64,000 bases of DNA from Podarcis bocagei (lineage: Eukaryota): NCBI GenBank assembly GCA_964188305.1, contig OZ076897.1, one strand, 5' to 3'. Under the pieces are notes generated by a model. That model searched no databases, was not told the DNA's origin, and saw nothing but the letters and a program-made list of their open reading frames with translations. The first letter of the stretch is position 1; every line of letters starts with the position of its first letter. Shown here piece by piece: positions 36,104 through 50,579 of this stretch. Position numbers and translations under genes: made by a program.

Positions 36104-37914
36104 TAAAATAAGGAAAGAAACTCATTTAAGATGTGCTACACAAAACAAACACGTTAACTGATCTCCCTGGGAAACAAACTCCTCATTGGCAGTCAAAACC
36201 TCATCTCAGGCAAACTAGTACCAGGGTTTTTTGTTGTTTTTTTTTAAAAAAAATAGAAACAATTTTAAAATCTCTTTTGTGAACACTTTTAAATGAGAGC
36301 TGAACTGTAGGAGGCCAAACAGAAATTGTGCTATGTGCAATATAATGCAATTCATGGTTGCATTGATAAAACAAAAAGGAAGACAACAACTGTTTTTAAC
36401 ATTATCTTGCTAGGCATTCAGACAAAAACCCAAACAAACAGCAACGCCTGTATTTCTCAAGTGAATGTTATGGCTCTTGAAAGACACACCATCTGCCATG
36501 TGACAGAGAAAAAATTATCTATCCAGCTGACACTCATGCTAAGGGAACCCAACCTCAAAATGTTAAGGGAATTCAAAGAGAGAGCTGTGAAACAGCTGTG
36601 CTCCCCCTTTCCCAGCAGGGGAACACATACATGCAGTCACACTGAGCAGAATCAAACCCTTTGCTCCTCAGCACCAAGGGGGCAATCCTGCTGGCTGCAG
36701 AGATCTGTTTCACCAGCATGTTTCCTGCAGGGAACAGGAGGCAGGAGGAGACCCCAGCAGTCCTGCAAAGGGCTAGCCAAGAATGCAGATGCCCCAAGAG
36801 ATGGAGGCCTAACCCTAAGACCGGAGGGTGGTGAGGAGAGAAAAATAGGCTGTGGCCCCCATGGTTAGCCAGCATTGGGGGTTGGTCAGTCTCTCACCAT
36901 TGACTATGCCCCCCCCCCCGGTGGTAATGACGGAAGATACAGGAGTCGGTTTATGGTGGAGGTAGTTGCTTTCCATTCTGCTACAGTGGTGGCTGGAGTG
37001 GGAGGAGGTAGCATGGAGGCGGGGGGGCACTGGGGCCTGAACTGCACTGAACTGGGACAAGTTGGGGCAACAACATGGCGGCTTATGGCAAATGGGGGGG
37101 GGGGTAAGCAGCCTGGCCTGGCTGCTGTGCCCATGCATCACAGGACAGATCCTGGCCACCAAGGGTGCCATCCTGCTGGCTTCGCCACTGGGCTTATGCA
37201 CAAAGCACACCTTGGCAAAGCAGCACCCAGAGGGAGGCAGCCTTCCTGCGGGCAGCAGTGTGGTTGGGATGGGGAAAAGAGATGCAGCAATCGCTTCCCC
37301 TGCCCCTCTCCCAACTCTATAAAGTTTTAAACCCCCAAATTATACACAAGCCCCATCCCCTGACTTGACTTGGCACTGGATCCTGGTTGGGCGTCCCCTG
37401 GGACACTTGTGCACAGCTCTGCATTATCAATTTAGAAATCTCAGTATATATTTTTTTAAGTTTCTAAGGTACTTTCATATAGTCTGTTATTCATTTTGGA
37501 AAGATGTATGTTTGCGATGCATTTGGACACCTCTTAAGCCATCATAACCAAATTCTGCATGATGGTTCCTGAGACCAAAGAGGTCGTTTATGCTTAGATG
37601 CAATAGGACACCGTTCTGAATCAGCATAGTGGGCTGAACCTTTAAAAACTGCACTGATTTTAACCACTGGTTCCAAACTACACTGATACTTTGATTTCTT
37701 AGAATTCCTGAGCAACGCTGGGTACATGCCCGGTGGACAGTCTTCAAGACTCACTAACAATAATGTATTAATTATAGAGATAAAAGCAACTATTGTTGTG
37801 GCTCTCTGACAAATCCCATTTCCCTGGGTGTATAGAAGATAAGGCATTTACTGATAGGGCACAGAGAATTTGAACAATTAGGTTTGATCCACATGGGTGG
37901 GATATAAATGATTG

Positions 37915-37964
<50 letters not shown>
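37915..37964. repeat. (AAT)n microsatellite
   Basis: Read directly. Confidence 0.95.
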
Positions 37965-38514
37965 TTTGGGTATAGTAAACTAACCTACATTAAGACTTCA
38001 ACAAATGCACATGGTTCATTTCAAGAGCAAAAATTGCCTATGCAGTTATGAATATGAGTCCTGAATAAAGCTACAAGTTTTCATAGAATTAATGCATATC
38101 CTTGAAAGAATGGGGAAAGTTGGTGACATGTTGCAGAATTAAGCTACCTGAATAGAATAGGGAAATAAACGGAACAAAAAAGTAGAAAGCACTTTGACAT
38201 GCAATAAGGACAAGTATTTGGGAAGCAATTAGATGGAGAACAATGATAAGCACTAGGAATTTTGATGAGAATAACTGTGAGTGACAGCAAGACAGGCAGC
38301 ACTTTCCATAGAGAAAGAGGCTCACCTGTGAGGGGGCCCACAAACAGCCTCTTCAGTCAAAGAATCTAACGCCATGAACATTGCATACCTACTTTTGTAG
38401 CTAAATGTCAGGTTTCTTCAAGTCGAAAAAAACCCATAGAAATAATAGGAAATATTTCACACATTCCTAATCTACACAACAGAAATGTTTAAACTTCTTT
38501 CTCAGTTACGTTGA

Positions 38515-38580
38515 TAAGAATAAGAATAAGAATAATTTATTTATACTCTGCCCATCTGGTTGGGAAATCCACCGACTCCA
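38515..38580 (-). mobile_element. L2 extreme 3' fragment
   Basis: Reverse complement of the CAGATGGGCGGAGTATAAATAAATTATT tail of the L2 at 42.1 kb. Confidence 0.65.
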
Positions 38581-40734
38581 AAAGTGAGTCAAAACAGACA
38601 GTCCAGGCTTCTGGTTATAGAAACTATATGAACTAGTCTAGTGTCACACAGAGTGAGGAATGGTTTTTTTAAAACCTCAAGGAAGCTGCACCCCAAAGAG
38701 CAAAAGTCGGGAAAGTAAGTGATTCTGTGAGAACAGCCAGAGGTTATGGCAATTCATTTTGCCCCATCGTGAGTTTTTACAAGTCAGATTTCTCTGGTGA
38801 GCAGGTGGAAATTTAAGATAATCTGTCAGTGGATGGTAAATAGCAATATGGCCACCTGCTTCCCCTTAGGGTGAATGAGTCCCTGCTGGGTATCAAGGAA
38901 ATAAATGGATGCAGGGAGATGAGCAGATAATTATACTGCAAGATAATAAAAGATGGGCTCATTTACTGGAAAAATGTGCAGAGTATATCTACAGCAAACC
39001 GCCTCTCAAGGCTTATAAACTTTTACCATTTCTAGAAGTTTGGGGACTTTCAGAACTTAATCTGAGGTAGTATTAGGTTGCCAAATTTCCTGCTTCCTGG
39101 GTGGCAGCTTTGAATTTCAAATTTAATGGTATAACTTGAAATAAGTCAGACTGAGTGAAGTTCCTTTGCTTAGGTGGAACAAAACATTTTCTGGCTCCGA
39201 GGCAAAGACTTTTCCTGCCAAGTTTTAACCTGGAGGGGATTGCTGCTGCCAACTTATTAGTTTCCAAAGCTCAGCATTCATAATGGAATGCTGACATTCT
39301 TAACTTTCCTGGCACTGAAAGAAATCTAGGATAAAGTGGCAGTAAGATGCGCTAACTAATTTAACGATGGCACGGGGATTTCCCCCCAATATGAGGCTCA
39401 TTGAGTGACTGGCACGTTGACTTCTTTGCTTACTAGTGATATACAGCAGAAGCCAACGGTGCACATTTCAGCAAATGCTGGTGAGTCAGCTTACTGTGCG
39501 CTCAGAGGCAAAACACAAAAGAAAACCCGCACCAAACCTGTGCACCAACAAAATGGCTTACACCGATGCACAGAGCCCCCAGTCATTATTCCCCTTTGGA
39601 CTTATGTCATTATCATTTCATGGCCACAATCCTTTTCTGTCTATAGACAAAAGAAGCTGCCTTTTACCATTGGTCTATCTCGACCAGCATTGTCTACTGC
39701 AGCTTTCCAGGGTCTTCCCCATCTATGACCTATTTCTGACTTGTGGGCCCTGTGCTATGGCTCAAGGGAGACAGAGTCACCACCAGCAGGCTCCATCCTG
39801 CAGGCTCAGCACCTGCTGCAAATGTTTCAAACACACATTTAAGACATTTTCATGTGCCACATAATCAAAAAATAAATAAATCTAAGCAGTATAGGCAACA
39901 CAGTAAATATTTGTCCATAATGCACAGATAAATTCATCAGGATTTTAAACCAAGTATGTACTGTATAAATGAATTGCATGTCCAGATAGGCTGGCTATCC
40001 TCCCAATCAGGGTTTCCTCTTCTTCTTTTTTGATATGCCACTGTTCTGCAGGTGCACAAGGTGCATCACCACATACAACTGAAGGTACCTGGTCAATAGT
40101 TCCAATGATGACATGCTGAAAAATCAACTCCTCCTGGATGGGCACTGAGCATTACGTGGCACTTGTAGAACTGTAACTTCCACAGGCCAAAGCTGTTGCA
40201 CTGGCAAATTTTATGTAAGCCAAGGTGAAACTGGCCTTGATCTGGATTGTTGTTTTATGATGGTCCCTGGTTTTATGGTTTCATGAATTGTATTGTATTT
40301 TAACAAAAGAATAAGAATCATGGATAGCATGTATACAAGGCCTAAGCGCTGGTGCCTCACAAGCGCAACTGATGGTGAATGTGCAATAAAAACAACATCC
40401 GCTTGGCCCTCTGGGAAAACTCAAGGCTTAGCACTGAATCGGAATAAGTGGCAACCGGGTTTTCCACTATTGCCATTGGTTCCAATTTATCACTAAAGAG
40501 CAAATTTTATGGGGGAAACTCCTTGGACCCTTTCTTTCAGGGCACGGGACAAGTGCCTGAGGACACAGACGAGACCACAGCCTTTGGCCAGAGAAAACTG
40601 ATGTTAAATGCTGGGTTTATTTAGAATAAACATGAGTCGACCAACATGCAAGGGTTTCATGGTCACAAAATGCAGTCACAGCCCCTACTTTAAAAAGGAT
40701 TAAAAAAGCTAGGAGAACTAAATTGAGGAGAACT

Positions 40735-42148
40735 AAAAACCATCTTTAGATGCGGCCAATATGGCCAACGATTGCCCAGTCTCAAATCTTCCATTCTTGG
40801 GCAAGGTGATTGAGCGGGTGGTTGCTGAACAACTCCAGGCACGCCTGGAAGAAGTGGACCATTTGGATCCCTTCCAGTCAGGATTCAGGCCTCACCATGG
40901 GACTGAAACTGTCTTGGTCACTCTGGTCGATGATCTCAGGCGGGCTAGGGACAAAGGTGAGAGCTGTTTCCTAGTTCTGCTGGATCTCTCAGCGGCTTTT
41001 GATACCATCGACCATGACATCCTTCTGGACCGTCTTGAGGGGCTGGGAGCTGGGGGCACTGTCATACAGTGGTTCCACTCCTTCCTCCTGGGCCGTGTTC
41101 AGAAAGTGGTGGGCTCTCACTTGTGGGGTGCCTCAGGGTTCTGTCCTCTCCCCCATGCTTTTCAACATCTACATGCAGCTGCTGGGAGAGATCATCAGGG
41201 GGTTTGGGCTGGGTGTTCATCAGTATGCGGATGATACCCAGCTCTACCTCTCTTTCAAATCAGAACCAGTGAAGGCAGTGAAGGTCCTGTGTGAGTGTCT
41301 GGAGGCAGTTGGAGGATGGATGGCGGCTAACAGATTGAGGTTGAATCCTGACAAGACAGAAGTACTGTTTTTAGGGGACAGGAGGCGGGCGGGTGTGGAG
41401 GACTCCCTGGTCCTGAATGGGGTAACTGTGCCCCTGATTCTGGACTCACAGCTGTCCATGGAGGCACAGGTCAATTCTGTGTCCAGGGCAGCTGTTTATC
41501 AGCTCCATCTGGTATGCAGGCTGAGACCCTATCTGCCCACAGAGTGTCTCGCCAGAGTGGTGCATGCTCTAGTTATCTCCCGCTTGGACTACTGCAATGC
41601 GCTCTATGTGGGGCTACCTTTGAAGGTGACCCGGAAACTACAACTAATCCAGAATGCAGCAGCTAGACTGGTGACTGGGAGTGGCTGCCGAGACCATATA
41701 ATACCGGTCTTGAAAGACCTACACTGGCTCCCAGTATGTTTCGAGCACAATTCAAAGTATTGGTGCTGACATTTAAAGCCCTAAACGGCCTCGGTCCAGT
41801 ATACCTGAAGGAGCGTCTCCACCTCCATCATTCTGCCTGGACACTGAGGTCCAGTGCTGAGGGCCTTCTGGCGGTTCCCTCGCTGTGAGAAGCCAAGTTA
41901 CAGGGAACCAGGCAGAGGGCCTTCTCAGTGGTGGCACCTGCCCTGTGGAACGCCTTCCCACCAGATGTCAAAGAGAAAAACAACTACCAGACTTTTAGAA
42001 GACATCTGAAGGCAGCCCTGTTTAAGGAAGCTTTTTTTAAAAAAAGTTTAATAGGTTATTGTATTTTGGTGTTCTGTTGGCAGCTGCCCAGAGTTGCTGG
42101 GGAAACCCAGCCAGATGGGCGGAGTATAAATAAATTATTATTATTATT
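40735..42148 (+). mobile_element. L2 LINE, 5'-truncated, RT domain with internal deletions
   Basis: PVSNLPFLGKVIERVV, DPFQSGFRPHHGTET, LLDLSAAFDTIDH, GVPQGSVLSP, HQYADDTQLY, RLDYCNAL, LHWLPV; (TTA)n tail. Confidence 0.95.
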
Positions 42149-43222
42149 AAATGGAATTTCCAAGTTGAGAAGCAAACTGCTACTGATTATTTCTTATTAT
42201 GTGTAATATTATTTGATTTAAAATATATGTACACCGTCTTTTGGCCTAGACCCCAGAAGGCGGCTACCAAGATCAACATTAAAAGCAATATATAAAATGG
42301 ACGCAACATTTAGTAAAGAAAATAAAAGCAATCCGGGGGAAAAAATAAGCAAAAGCCCACAAGTGAACAGCAAATTGCTTCCACAAAGTAGCTCTGTGAT
42401 GCTCAGCAGAACAGTCCGTCCACTGCTCAGACTCGGAGAGTGAACACCAGATGGTGGGGACAAACCACAGGGCAGGTCACCTCCATCACTTTTGCTTGTG
42501 AGCTCCCAAGGGGCTGCCTGGACAGACCTTCTGGTCTGATCCACCAGGACAATGCTTGTTCTTCATACCAAAAGAAATTGGCCATCCCTTTTTTTTCCTT
42601 GTGAAAGAAAGTGGGTAAGGAGCAAAGCTAGGCAGGTGTTTCAGAGAAAGAAAGAGAAAAATTCTAACTGGGCACTGAGTCAGAAAGAATAAAAACCAAT
42701 ATCTAGCAAGATATAAATATATATTCTATGTCCAACCAACCACAGAGCCCAGGAAATACACAGTATATGGCAGGAGATCAATGGTTGCTCATATTTCAGG
42801 AGACTACTAACTGCATCAGGTCGAGCTGATAACAAAATGAATATAAGGTTTGGAATATCTGGCCCGAAAGATAGCCAGCGCAGCCTGGCACCACTCAATG
42901 CTAGTAAAAATGTGTGTGATAAATTCACACACATTCACACTGCTGTATTGCTTGTAGATTTGGCAGCAGCTTCATCATGGGGAAAGAGGTTTATATAATA
43001 AAACCTGCACTCTCTTTTACCACTACTCCACTAGGCACATACGAATAAAGTGCCCAGACTTGGGGTTGAAATTAAGAATTTAATACAAGGAAACAAGGTA
43101 AATCCATTCATAAAACAATGCATGAATAGGGATGGAAGGATTTCTCAGTTTTGGTTTTCTCAGTGTCTTGTTTTTCCAATCTTAAAGTTAGTTGTCTACA
43201 TTTTTGCAGCAATTTGCTATAT

Positions 43223-43226
<4 letters not shown>

Positions 43227-43279
<53 letters not shown>
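43227..43279. repeat. (GA)n microsatellite
   Basis: Read directly. Confidence 0.95.
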
Positions 43280-43283
<4 letters not shown>

Positions 43284-44172
43284 TCCTAAAAATTATTCAG
43301 CTGGCGCCCCAGCTGGCAAAGAGTCCAGTCTACAACTCTAGCACACTCTTCCCCAGTCTGTGGTTGTACTCCACTTCCCACTGGACCAAGCCATCATGAA
43401 TGATCGTCAGATCTGATGAGAGTCATAGTCCAACAAGAAGTGGAGGGCACCATACTGGGGAGCCCTGCCCAAGAGTCAGAGAAGACAGTACTCAAGGAGA
43501 TGAGCCAATGGTCTGAATTGCCAAAAGATAACTTCCCTTGTTCTTCTGTTTGTTAGGATAAAAAGCTCGCTTTTGCAGCAATGGAAACCACTGTGGCAAA
43601 AACAGTAAGAAGAGATCTGGTGGATTTCTCAGTACTTTCCTTTTCTGTGTGTCCTTTCCTTTGTTTGAATTTTGGCTAGAATAAATATATTTTATAAACA
43701 TGTATTTTTCTACTTCTAAAGGGAATACGGAAGAACTGGCAGAGTGGGTCAGAGTGTCATCAATGACTATGGAAGTAGAAAAGCTTCTCCACCCCTTGGG
43801 TATCAGGACAATATTGACCTATTTTAGGGTGAAGATCACCATAGTGTCTCTATGTTGTAGAAGTGGCTTAAACATGTTACTTTGACCCCAAAACAAATGC
43901 ACACAAACCAAAAGCAGTTCCGACATGCCTTACGATAGGTAGGTTTGTCTTCACCTTTACAGAGCGGTTGCAAGGGTTACTAGCATCAAATACAGTATTT
44001 GAAAGAACAAACAATGCTAAAAAGACTTGGAATAATAAAATCAAGAGAGGCTTATCTGAATCTACTTTGATTTTTACAAGCCGCCTGAGATCCTTGTGAA
44101 ATTTGTTCTGTAGAGGGTCACCAATGTTTTTTGAATTTGTAAGCACATTTGCAAACTGAAGAAACTGTTCTG

Positions 44173-44173
<1 letters not shown>

Positions 44174-44211
<38 letters not shown>
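44174..44211. repeat. (CG)n(CA)n microsatellite
   Basis: Read directly. Confidence 0.92.
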
Positions 44212-44216
<5 letters not shown>

Positions 44217-44365
44217 ATCGAGCCCACCCCACAGCCTAGTCTACTGTCTACAATAGAATACTCTGATGCCTGATTTCAGGGAGGGGACCTGAGGGGACCC
44301 TGCACGCACCAGGGAAGGGTTTTGCAGGCGCATGTGCACACAGGTTCTGCAGCATTGGCGACCCC

Positions 44366-44408
44366 TGCAGCAGCAGCAGCAGCAACAACAACAACAACAA
44401 CAACAGCA
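44366..44408. repeat. (CAG)n(CAA)n trinucleotide repeat, non-coding context
   Basis: Read directly; intronic, with no supporting ORF. Confidence 0.9.
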
Positions 44409-47400
44409 CTGAACTGAGGCTACAGTTATCCCACACACAAATGACTCCTAGTCATCTTCCTTTCAAGAGCCCTTTTATTCACCCAGGGATCTACCAGCAG
44501 ATCCTGACCTACCTTCTGCCCACCTGAAATAAAATCTTCTAGCATTTGCCCTTCAATTGCATTTAGGAAGCAAGCTTCTTAAATTGACAGCAAGGTGGGA
44601 TATTTGCAGAGGTGACATGAAATCACAAATATAGCTACATTTGAAAACAGGGCAGTAAAGATAAAATAAAATAATGTCATTATATTACACCAGTTTCTGA
44701 TGCTGATTTTGCAAGTGCTCATCTTGTAGCAAATGAATGATTACTCCCCTTCCCCCGAAAAAGCAGGTTAATTTTAATAAGTAACAATTCTGCATAACAA
44801 GGCATTAACATAACTGCATGGAAAACATCACTTTACACAGCAACACAAACAAAATGCTATTTGCTGCTGTGCATACAAAGTATGGCACATAGCTATAGCT
44901 AACTAAAGGGTGATTAACATAAAAAGCAACATTACCACTGAACTTCACTAAATGCAGTTCTGTTTATCATTTAAAACAGATTTCCAAAACTATTAAAGAG
45001 CCTTTCAAGCTTGTTGGAATCTTCTTCCAGTAAAAGTTGATGTGCTTATTGAATGTTTCCACGCAGCTGTTTTTAAAAGGTCTGTAAAATCGGGATTTGG
45101 CATTCAAAAACCACAAACAGAAGTGGGTGATTACATTTTAAAAACCATTGGCTTAATTTGAACGAGGGCAGGCATGCTTGAGAAAGTTCCCATAATCCTG
45201 AGATGCTCCCATAAAAACTGCTGGGCTTGGGCCAGGTGGTCTGCATACTGCCATTTACCACAAGCACAGAACAGAGTGTTTTGGGGGGTGCCATATTTGG
45301 CATCCCGAGAATCCCTGCCTTCATCTCCCCCCCCCCTTTTTATTAAATATTTTCTTGATTTGCACAAGTATGTGTAATGTCTCTCGTATTTTTTCCATGT
45401 AACATTTTTACAAATCATTTTCATTTGTTGAGACATTAGGAAGAAAAGGGGTGGGGGGGGGAATCCCTGCCTTCTTCTAAAAAAACGTTGGGGTGGGAGA
45501 GAACTTCAGGCTTCTAGCATGTATACTTGAATGAATTATTAGCTGGTGAGATCTTTGAAGCCAGGGAGGATTCTCTGGGGGATCCCACACCCTTAGGATC
45601 ACTGGAACACCATGTCTTGGTGGTGCAGTGGAAGCAAGAAGAACGAGGATACGGCTGTAACACTGGAATTTGGACAAAGGCTGCAAACTTGGCAGTGCAA
45701 CTTTTGTTAAGGAAAGAGCTCTTGATAGCTAGATCTTTTGAAAGTCTCCTGAATGGGTCAGAAGCAGACCTTCTCCTTCAACTTCAGAGTTAGCCAAGAC
45801 TGCCACATGGCCAGTATGTGACTGGCTAGACTGGCTTTTAATTTCTTTCTAAAGCAGGGAGGGAGGAGAGAAAGAAGGAGCGAGCACTCCAGGATAACTG
45901 GAGCACAGGCCTCAGCTTCTTCCTTCTTCAGAGCCTAGCTTCCTCAGGAAGCTTCCTTTGATGACACAAATGACAGAACAAGCTCACTGACCGACTTGGA
46001 ATCAAATATGGAAAACTGTCAGAGGAGAACTTATCGTTTGGGCACTCTGCTATAAATGCCATTTGGTTGCAAATGCAATGGATTTGGGAGAAAATAATGC
46101 CCATAGAATGATGAACTCCAGCATTCAAGAAAATGAATGTGGGGAAATCAGAGCAAAGGGTTTGTCCTTGGCTTCTCTCTCTCTTAGAGCCTAAATAACT
46201 GGCTTTTGTGAAGAGGAGCTGTGGCAAAGAATCGGGGGGTAGGGGGGTTGCAAAACAGCCTATATCATTTCAGGCAGCAGGTGGGGACACCATTTTGGGA
46301 CGTCCATGGTGTGGGGCACCTCCCTGCAAGCATGTAATTGTCATCTCAGGAGAAATGTTTCTAGCCTAGCCTACTAGGCTTATTTTCTACTTACAGAGTT
46401 TTCATCATAGGGAAATATTCTGAAATTCAAGCCATCACCTGTATTCTCTAATCTACCTTATATCATTTCAGAAATCCTCTCCCACTTCTTTGCCACTTTG
46501 CTCCTAGGGCTTATAGTTGGCTGGAACCAGCTTTGAAGCTTCTTTCCCCAAAGCGTCTCTTCATGTCATTCAAAAATACCTTTATATATTCATACACTGA
46601 CAGGCTCTGTGTCCATTTATGCTGGCACAGTAAAATTCAGGACTAACCTCATAATGAGGTGATCTTCAGTCTAGCTTGCATATACTGTTTAAATTAGAAA
46701 AGGAAAGTTAACAGAAATTTCCTTTTATGGAGGAAAGTTTATAAATTCTGTGCATTTAAGGGGGCCATGGATTGGCTCTTGATGTAGAACAGATTAAAGG
46801 CTCAAACTGGAAGTCTGTTTTAATGCATAAATTGACTACATTATGGGCAGCAAATCAGAGGTTAAGGTAGTATTAAGAGGTTAATGTAAAAAAACAAGCT
46901 TGGAACTGTTGTAAGTCATAACACATCACAGTAAGAATTTGATGAGCATTTTCAGTATTCTGAGTGGGGAGCAGGGCACACCTTCTGCAACATTTAAAAG
47001 AATGGGGGCTGCAGAAGTTGCACATCTAAAACCAGCACAGTAACTTCGGCTAGCTTTCTTTTGTCTTGGGCAAGTAAATATTCTCACAGCAGAATATGCC
47101 AGATCCGTACCTACTGCAGTTCTTGTTTATCAACAACTTTCTGATATTAAAAGAAAGTGCATTTTTATAGAGGCCGTTTCCAGAGTGAGGCAATTTAGCT
47201 GCTTACCAAATACATAGAGTTAGTGAGCAAACTTCCTCAGCATCAATTGTGCAGATCTGTTTTTGAAACCCAGAGAAGCTCCGGCTCTCTGTTTCACCTC
47301 AGTTAATCTACGCTGCTGTTTCAGCAGCATCTCAAAATGAAATGGTGAGATGTGCAAGGAGGTCTGGAAGAAGAAGGAGAAAGAATCACTATCTTTTTGA

Positions 47401-48014
47401 AGACCAACATAACAGGCTAGAGTCTTTGTTTTCTCCGCAGGCCTATTTTGGCTCCTCGTTCTGTGAACTGCACAGAAAACAAACACAATGCAGCAGAAAG
47501 GTGATGCTCTTTCAAGGAGGAATCAGGACAAAAGTTTACTTTTAACTCTATTAATGTCATTCGAAAATGCCAAGCTGCCAAAGGCCACACTGTAATTCTG
47601 AGTAGCTACACAGAGTGACAGGAGGAGGGGGGGAAATAGTCATGCCCAAATTGTTCCACCTACACAACAGCTGCATTGCATTCATACAGCAATGGACAAT
47701 GGATTCTATTTTCAGCCCGCAAACTCCAAATGGTTCACTGTGGGGTAACTAACCATGGGATGCTTCAGATGCTCCCCAAAGATGACCAGTGCTTCCTCTC
47801 TACACACTTCCTAGGATTGCTAGAGGGGGGTAGCTCACTCTTCCACTGCAGGGAGATGAGCATTCTCCCTAAGGCAGGATGAGACCCAGAGGATGGGCAG
47901 AGGAAGCTCATGTGGCTTTCTGCGGCAGTGCTTGTAAAGTTGGAGTAGGCAAAAATGATAGTCATATCAAATATATGACAACTGTCTTCTATAGGAGGGG
48001 CATGAAAGCATAGG

Positions 48015-48190
48015 GAAGAACCACAGCTTAATGGCAAAGAACATTGTATGCATGCAAAAGGTCCCTGCTTAAATCCCCAGTTTTCAAAATAGGATCTGGC
48101 AACAGACATCTGTGCCTAAGATTCTGGAGAGATACTGCAACCCTGGGCTAGATGAACAAATAGCCTGATCTGGAGAAGCCATGTTTTTAT
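48015..48190 (+). mobile_element. Decayed tRNA-derived SINE (Squam2-like)
   Basis: A-box-like CAGCTTAATGGCAAAGAAC and B-box-like GGTCCCTGCTTAAATCCCCAG, followed by CTGGAGAGATACTGC...TAGATGAACAAAT. Confidence 0.45.
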
Positions 48191-48269
48191 GCACACCATT
48201 TCACACCAAACATGAACAAGTTGTGATCCCCAGGTTGAACGCAGACCACAGTGTGAAGAAGACAGAGAA

Positions 48270-49610
48270 GTGCTATTGGGTGACAGGGAGAAGGTGGAAC
48301 TGCTCAACACCTACTTTGCCTTGGTCTTCACCCCAAAGCGATGCCCAGCCTGGTGATAAGAGAATAAATGATGTAAGGAGGGAGCTGCAGCCCAACATAG
48401 GAAAAGAGGTGGTAAGGAAACACCTAGCTGCTTTAAATGAATTCGAATCTCCAGGGCCAGATGAGCTGCATCCAAGGGGACTAAAGGAACTTGTGGATGT
48501 AATCTCAGAGCCTCTGTCTATAATCTTTGCAAATTCTTGGGGAACAGGTGAGGCCCCTGCAGACTGGAGGTGGACAAATATCCCCATCTTAAAAAGGGAA
48601 GAAAAGGAAGACCCAGGTAACTACAAACCAGTGAGCTTGACTTCGATACCAGGGAAGGTCCTTAAACAGATAATTCAGAAAAGGATGCTCTGATTACTAA
48701 GACCCAGAATGGGTTTCTCAAAAATAAGTAGTGCTAGATGAATCTGATTTCTCTTTTTGATGGAGTTACATGCTTGCTAATCCCCCCCCCCCACAGGGGG
48801 ATGCTATGGACATAGTGTATCGTGATTTTAGTAAGACTTTTGACAAAGTTCCCCATGATATTCTTGTGAGGAAGCTGGTAAAATGTGCGTTGAATGAGGT
48901 AACTGTTAAGTGGATTTGTAGCTGGTTGACTGACTGAACACAAAGAGTACTCATTAAGAGTTCCTTGTCATCCTGAAAAAAGGGGACAAGTGGGGTGCTC
49001 CAGGGTTCTGGAATGGGGCCCATTGTTGTTCAATATCTTTATAAAAAAAATCCAATGCTATTCTAGGCTGCATCAACAGAAATCTAGTGTCCAGATCAAG
49101 GGAAGCAATAGTACCGCTCTATTGTGTCTTAGCCAGACCACACTTGGAATACTGTGTCCAATTCTGGCACCACAATTTAAGATAGATATTGACAAGCTGG
49201 AATGTGTGCAGAGGAGGGAAACCAAGATGATCCACGGTCTGGAATCTAAGCCTTACAAGGAGCTCCTGAAGGAGCTGGGTATGTTTAGCCTGGAAAAGAG
49301 GAGACTGAAAGGAGATATGATAGCCATCTTCAAATATCTTAAGGGTTTGTTTTCTCCTGCTCTGGGCGAGTGAATCTAATGACTTCAGGTTACAAGAAAG
49401 GAGATTACAACAAAACATAAGGGAAAACCTCCTGACAGTAAAAGCAGTTCGACAGTTGAACGATTTCCCTCGGGAGGTTGTGGACTCTCCTTTCTTAGGG
49501 GTTTTTTAAGCAGAGGTTGGATGGCCACTGGATGGATGCTTTAGCTGCATAGCAGGGGGTTGTATTAGATACACCTTGGGGTCCCTTCCAACTATGGTTC
49601 TATGATTCCA
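48270..49610 (+). mobile_element. Older CR1 LINE ORF2/3' fragment with stops and deletions
   Basis: SPGPDELHPR, DPGNYKPVSLTSIPGK and [14 protein letters not shown]; 3' terminus GGTCCCTTCCAAC...TTCTATGATTC. Confidence 0.92.
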
Positions 49611-50579
49611 TTAATAAAAGTGCATTAGAAGTAAATTTTCAGCATTATGTAGCCACAATTTTACAAATATAGGACTGATTTAAGAAGTCTCTTTCGGAGC
49701 TGTTCATCAGTTCCATCAATATTCCATTATTATGGGAATTGATGGAATTTAAAGGGCAAAGTTAACAGCAGTCTACACAAATGCAAACAACCTTCAAAGA
49801 GCTTTTTTTAAAAAAAAATCAACAACACAATTATCATTTCAATGTGCTACACTTTTGTTCCTGTAATAGAAGCTGGTTCACAAATAATCCCAATTTCACC
49901 ATTTAATTCAGGCTATGCAGCTTCTTTATTTTTAACAAAGCCATTGCTTTTGCAAGTTACTTAACCACTTGTGACACCTATGGTTCTAATTCACCTTTCT
50001 AAGAATATAGTCACAGATACAATATTGTCATGGTAACAACTATACCCCAAACAACCCCTATTCACCATTACTGTAGGAGCTTAACATATACCCAACAAAA
50101 TTCAGGATTTTTTATGGATTTGCAATGCATTGAAAGTCACAACTACAGGAAGCTACAAAGGAAGTGGGGATGAAGATGTGGGCTGCTTGAGAAGTTCACC
50201 TCATTTGCACATCACATAAAACTATAGTTTAAAATGAACTATGGTTTAATATGAACGAACATTGTGTTGGTTGACTCTTCTCTTGCTCCTGTTACACATT
50301 AAATAAGCAGAGTTTAGCTTGCTGTGTTGTCTGAACCCAGGCTCATAGTTTCTCTCCAAACAAATCAGGGAGGATACTTTCCTAGCATATTGCCAAGCAC
50401 TCACAAAGGACAGATATAGCAGTCATGGGAGGCTTCAGCTACCCAGATATGTGTGGGAACTCAAGCTTTGCCAAGAATGTAAGGTCCAACCAATTCCTTA
50501 ACTGCCTTGCTGACAATTTCATTTCCCAGTAAGTGGAAGAAGCAGCAAGAGGGTCATCTCTCTTGGATCTCACCAACAG

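Noticed and set aside
36326-36868. 180-aa plus-strand ORF
   Set aside because: Non-ATG start, no recognisable domain and no exon-like boundaries; compatible with chance.
44241-44438. Poly-Cys/poly-Leu/poly-Gln ORFs
   Set aside because: Translations of a (CAG)(CAA) microsatellite, with no splice or homology support.
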